From: Antedon mediterranea
Taxonomy: Eukaryota; Animalia; Echinodermata
DNA length: 64,000 bases
Direction: 5' to 3'
Assembly: GCF_964355755.1 (NCBI RefSeq)
Contig: NC_092670.1
Span: forward strand, 27,454,388 to 27,518,387
Both the position numbers and the translations under genes were made by a program. How positions within the stretch are numbered: position 1 is the first letter of the stretch; every line of letters starts with the position of its first letter. The notes under the pieces are model-generated. The model did not search any database and had not been told where the DNA came from. It was given only the letters and a program-made list of their open reading frames with translations. Positions 62,801 through 64,000 of the stretch are shown one piece after another.

Positions 62801-64000
62801 ATTTGAAGCTATTCTAAGCAATTTGGTGTTTTTATGTTAACAAGTTTTTTCGAAATTCACAAAAGGGTCTAAAACGTCTCCAAATGCGATTTGAAGCTAT
62901 TCTAAGCACTTTTGTGTTTTTATGTTAACAAGTTTTTTCGAAAATCACAAAATGGTCTAAAATGTCTCCAAATGCGATTTTAAGGTATTCTAAGCACTTT
63001 GGTGTTTTTATGTTAACAAGTTTTTTCGAAAATCACAAAATGGTCTAAAACGTCTACAAATGCGATTTGAAGCTATTCTAAGCACTTTGGTGTTTTTATG
63101 TTAACAAGTTTTTTTCGAAAATCACAAAATGGTATAAAACGTCTCCAAATGCGATTTGAAGATTTTCTAAGCACTTTGGTGTTTTTATGTTTACAAGTTT
63201 TTTCGAAAATCACAAAATGGTCTAAAACGTCTCCAAATGCGATTTGAAGCTATTCTGTACACTTTGCTGTTTTGTGTGAATAATTTTTGTCAAAATGCTC
63301 AAAATGGTCAAAAACGTTTTTAAATACTATATTAAGCTATTTTGTGTTCTTTGATGTTTTTGTGTGAAAAGTTTTATCGAAATGCTCAAAATGGTCTAAA
63401 ACGGTTTCTAATGTTAACAAGTTTTTTCGAAAATCACAAAATGGTCGAAAATGTCACAAAATGCGATTTTAAGCTATTCTAAGCACTTTGTTGTTTTTAT
63501 GTTAACAAGTTTTTTTCGAAAATCACAAAATGGTCTAAAACCTCTCCAAATGCGATTTGAAGCTATTCTGTACACTTTGCTGTTTTGTGTGAATAATTTT
63601 TGTCGAAATGCTCAAAATGGTCAAAAACGTTTTTAAATACGATATTAAGCTATTTTGTGCTCTTTGATGTTTTTGTGTGAAAAGTTTTATCGAAATGCTC
63701 AAAATGGTCTAAAACGGTTTCTAATGTGATTTTAAGCACTTTGGTGTTTTTATGTTAACAAGTTTTTTTCGAAAATCACAAAATGGTCTAAAACGTCTCC
63801 AAATGTGATTTGAAGCTATTCTAAACCCTTTGGTGTTTTTATGTTAACAAGTTTTTTCGAAAATCACAAATTGGTCTAAAACGTCTCCAAATGCGATTTG
63901 AAGCTATTTTAAGCACTTTGGTGTTTTTGTGTAACCAAGTTTTTTCGAAAATCACAAAAGGGTCTAAAATGTCTCAAAATGCGATTTGAAGCTATTCTGT
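59400..64000 (+). repeat. Third, mosaic copy of the right-hand macro-repeat (matches ~50430-53215, then ~53450-56600)
   Basis: Seen: AAGTAATTTTG at 60047 (8962 after 51085), TGGACT at 54341/62262 (7921), and the 28-bp deletion monomer plus ORF at 56049/63451 (7402). Confidence 0.82.

Larger units (their letters stand above)
2603..64000 (+). repeat. 88-bp satellite array, forward arm (~700 monomers, runs off window end)
   Basis: Seen: a consensus monomer starts at 3321 and the next at 3409 (88 bp). Head-to-tail copies continue to 64000 with no unique sequence seen. The consensus has 28/88 G+C. Confidence 0.98.

Noticed and set aside
39764-63636. Four near-identical 61-aa ORFs (MSQNAILSY...) resembling a gene family
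   Set aside because: They track the macro-duplications (offsets 9138, 7147, 7402) and depend on a one-T homopolymer expansion. I used them only as positional markers.
1-64000. CRISPR-like or other repeat-spacer array
   Set aside because: There are no unique spacers, since every segment aligns to the 88-bp monomer. No cas genes or leader are present.

Overview
The whole 64 kb window is one AT-rich (~32% GC) tandem satellite array, most likely eukaryotic (peri)centromeric or heterochromatic DNA. I cannot name the organism or family from sequence alone. The consensus monomer is 88 bp (AAAATCACAAAATGGTCTAAAACGTCTCCAAATGCGATTTGAAGCTATTCTAAGCACTTTGGTGTTTTTATGTTAACAAGTTTTTTCG), with roughly 730-740 copies. 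I found no credible genes, RNA genes, transposons or CRISPR array, and the listed ORFs are chance readings of the repeat. Main structure: (1) an orientation switch at ~2603-2605 joined by T microhomology and flanked by a perfect 60-bp inverted repeat; (2) a fixed 252-bp cassette of three divergent monomers (87+87+78 bp) recurring about 70-75 times; (3) internal ~10-bp periodicity, with deletions of exactly 10 bp; (4) nested duplications of 428, 516, 605, 770, 949, 1120, 1986 and 9138 bp, with hints of an older 9-11 kb super-period; (5) a variant-defined domain boundary near 36.4 kb. All coordinates and counts were read by eye and may be off by a few bp or copies. I found no protein-coding novel system; any novelty lies in the satellite architecture.
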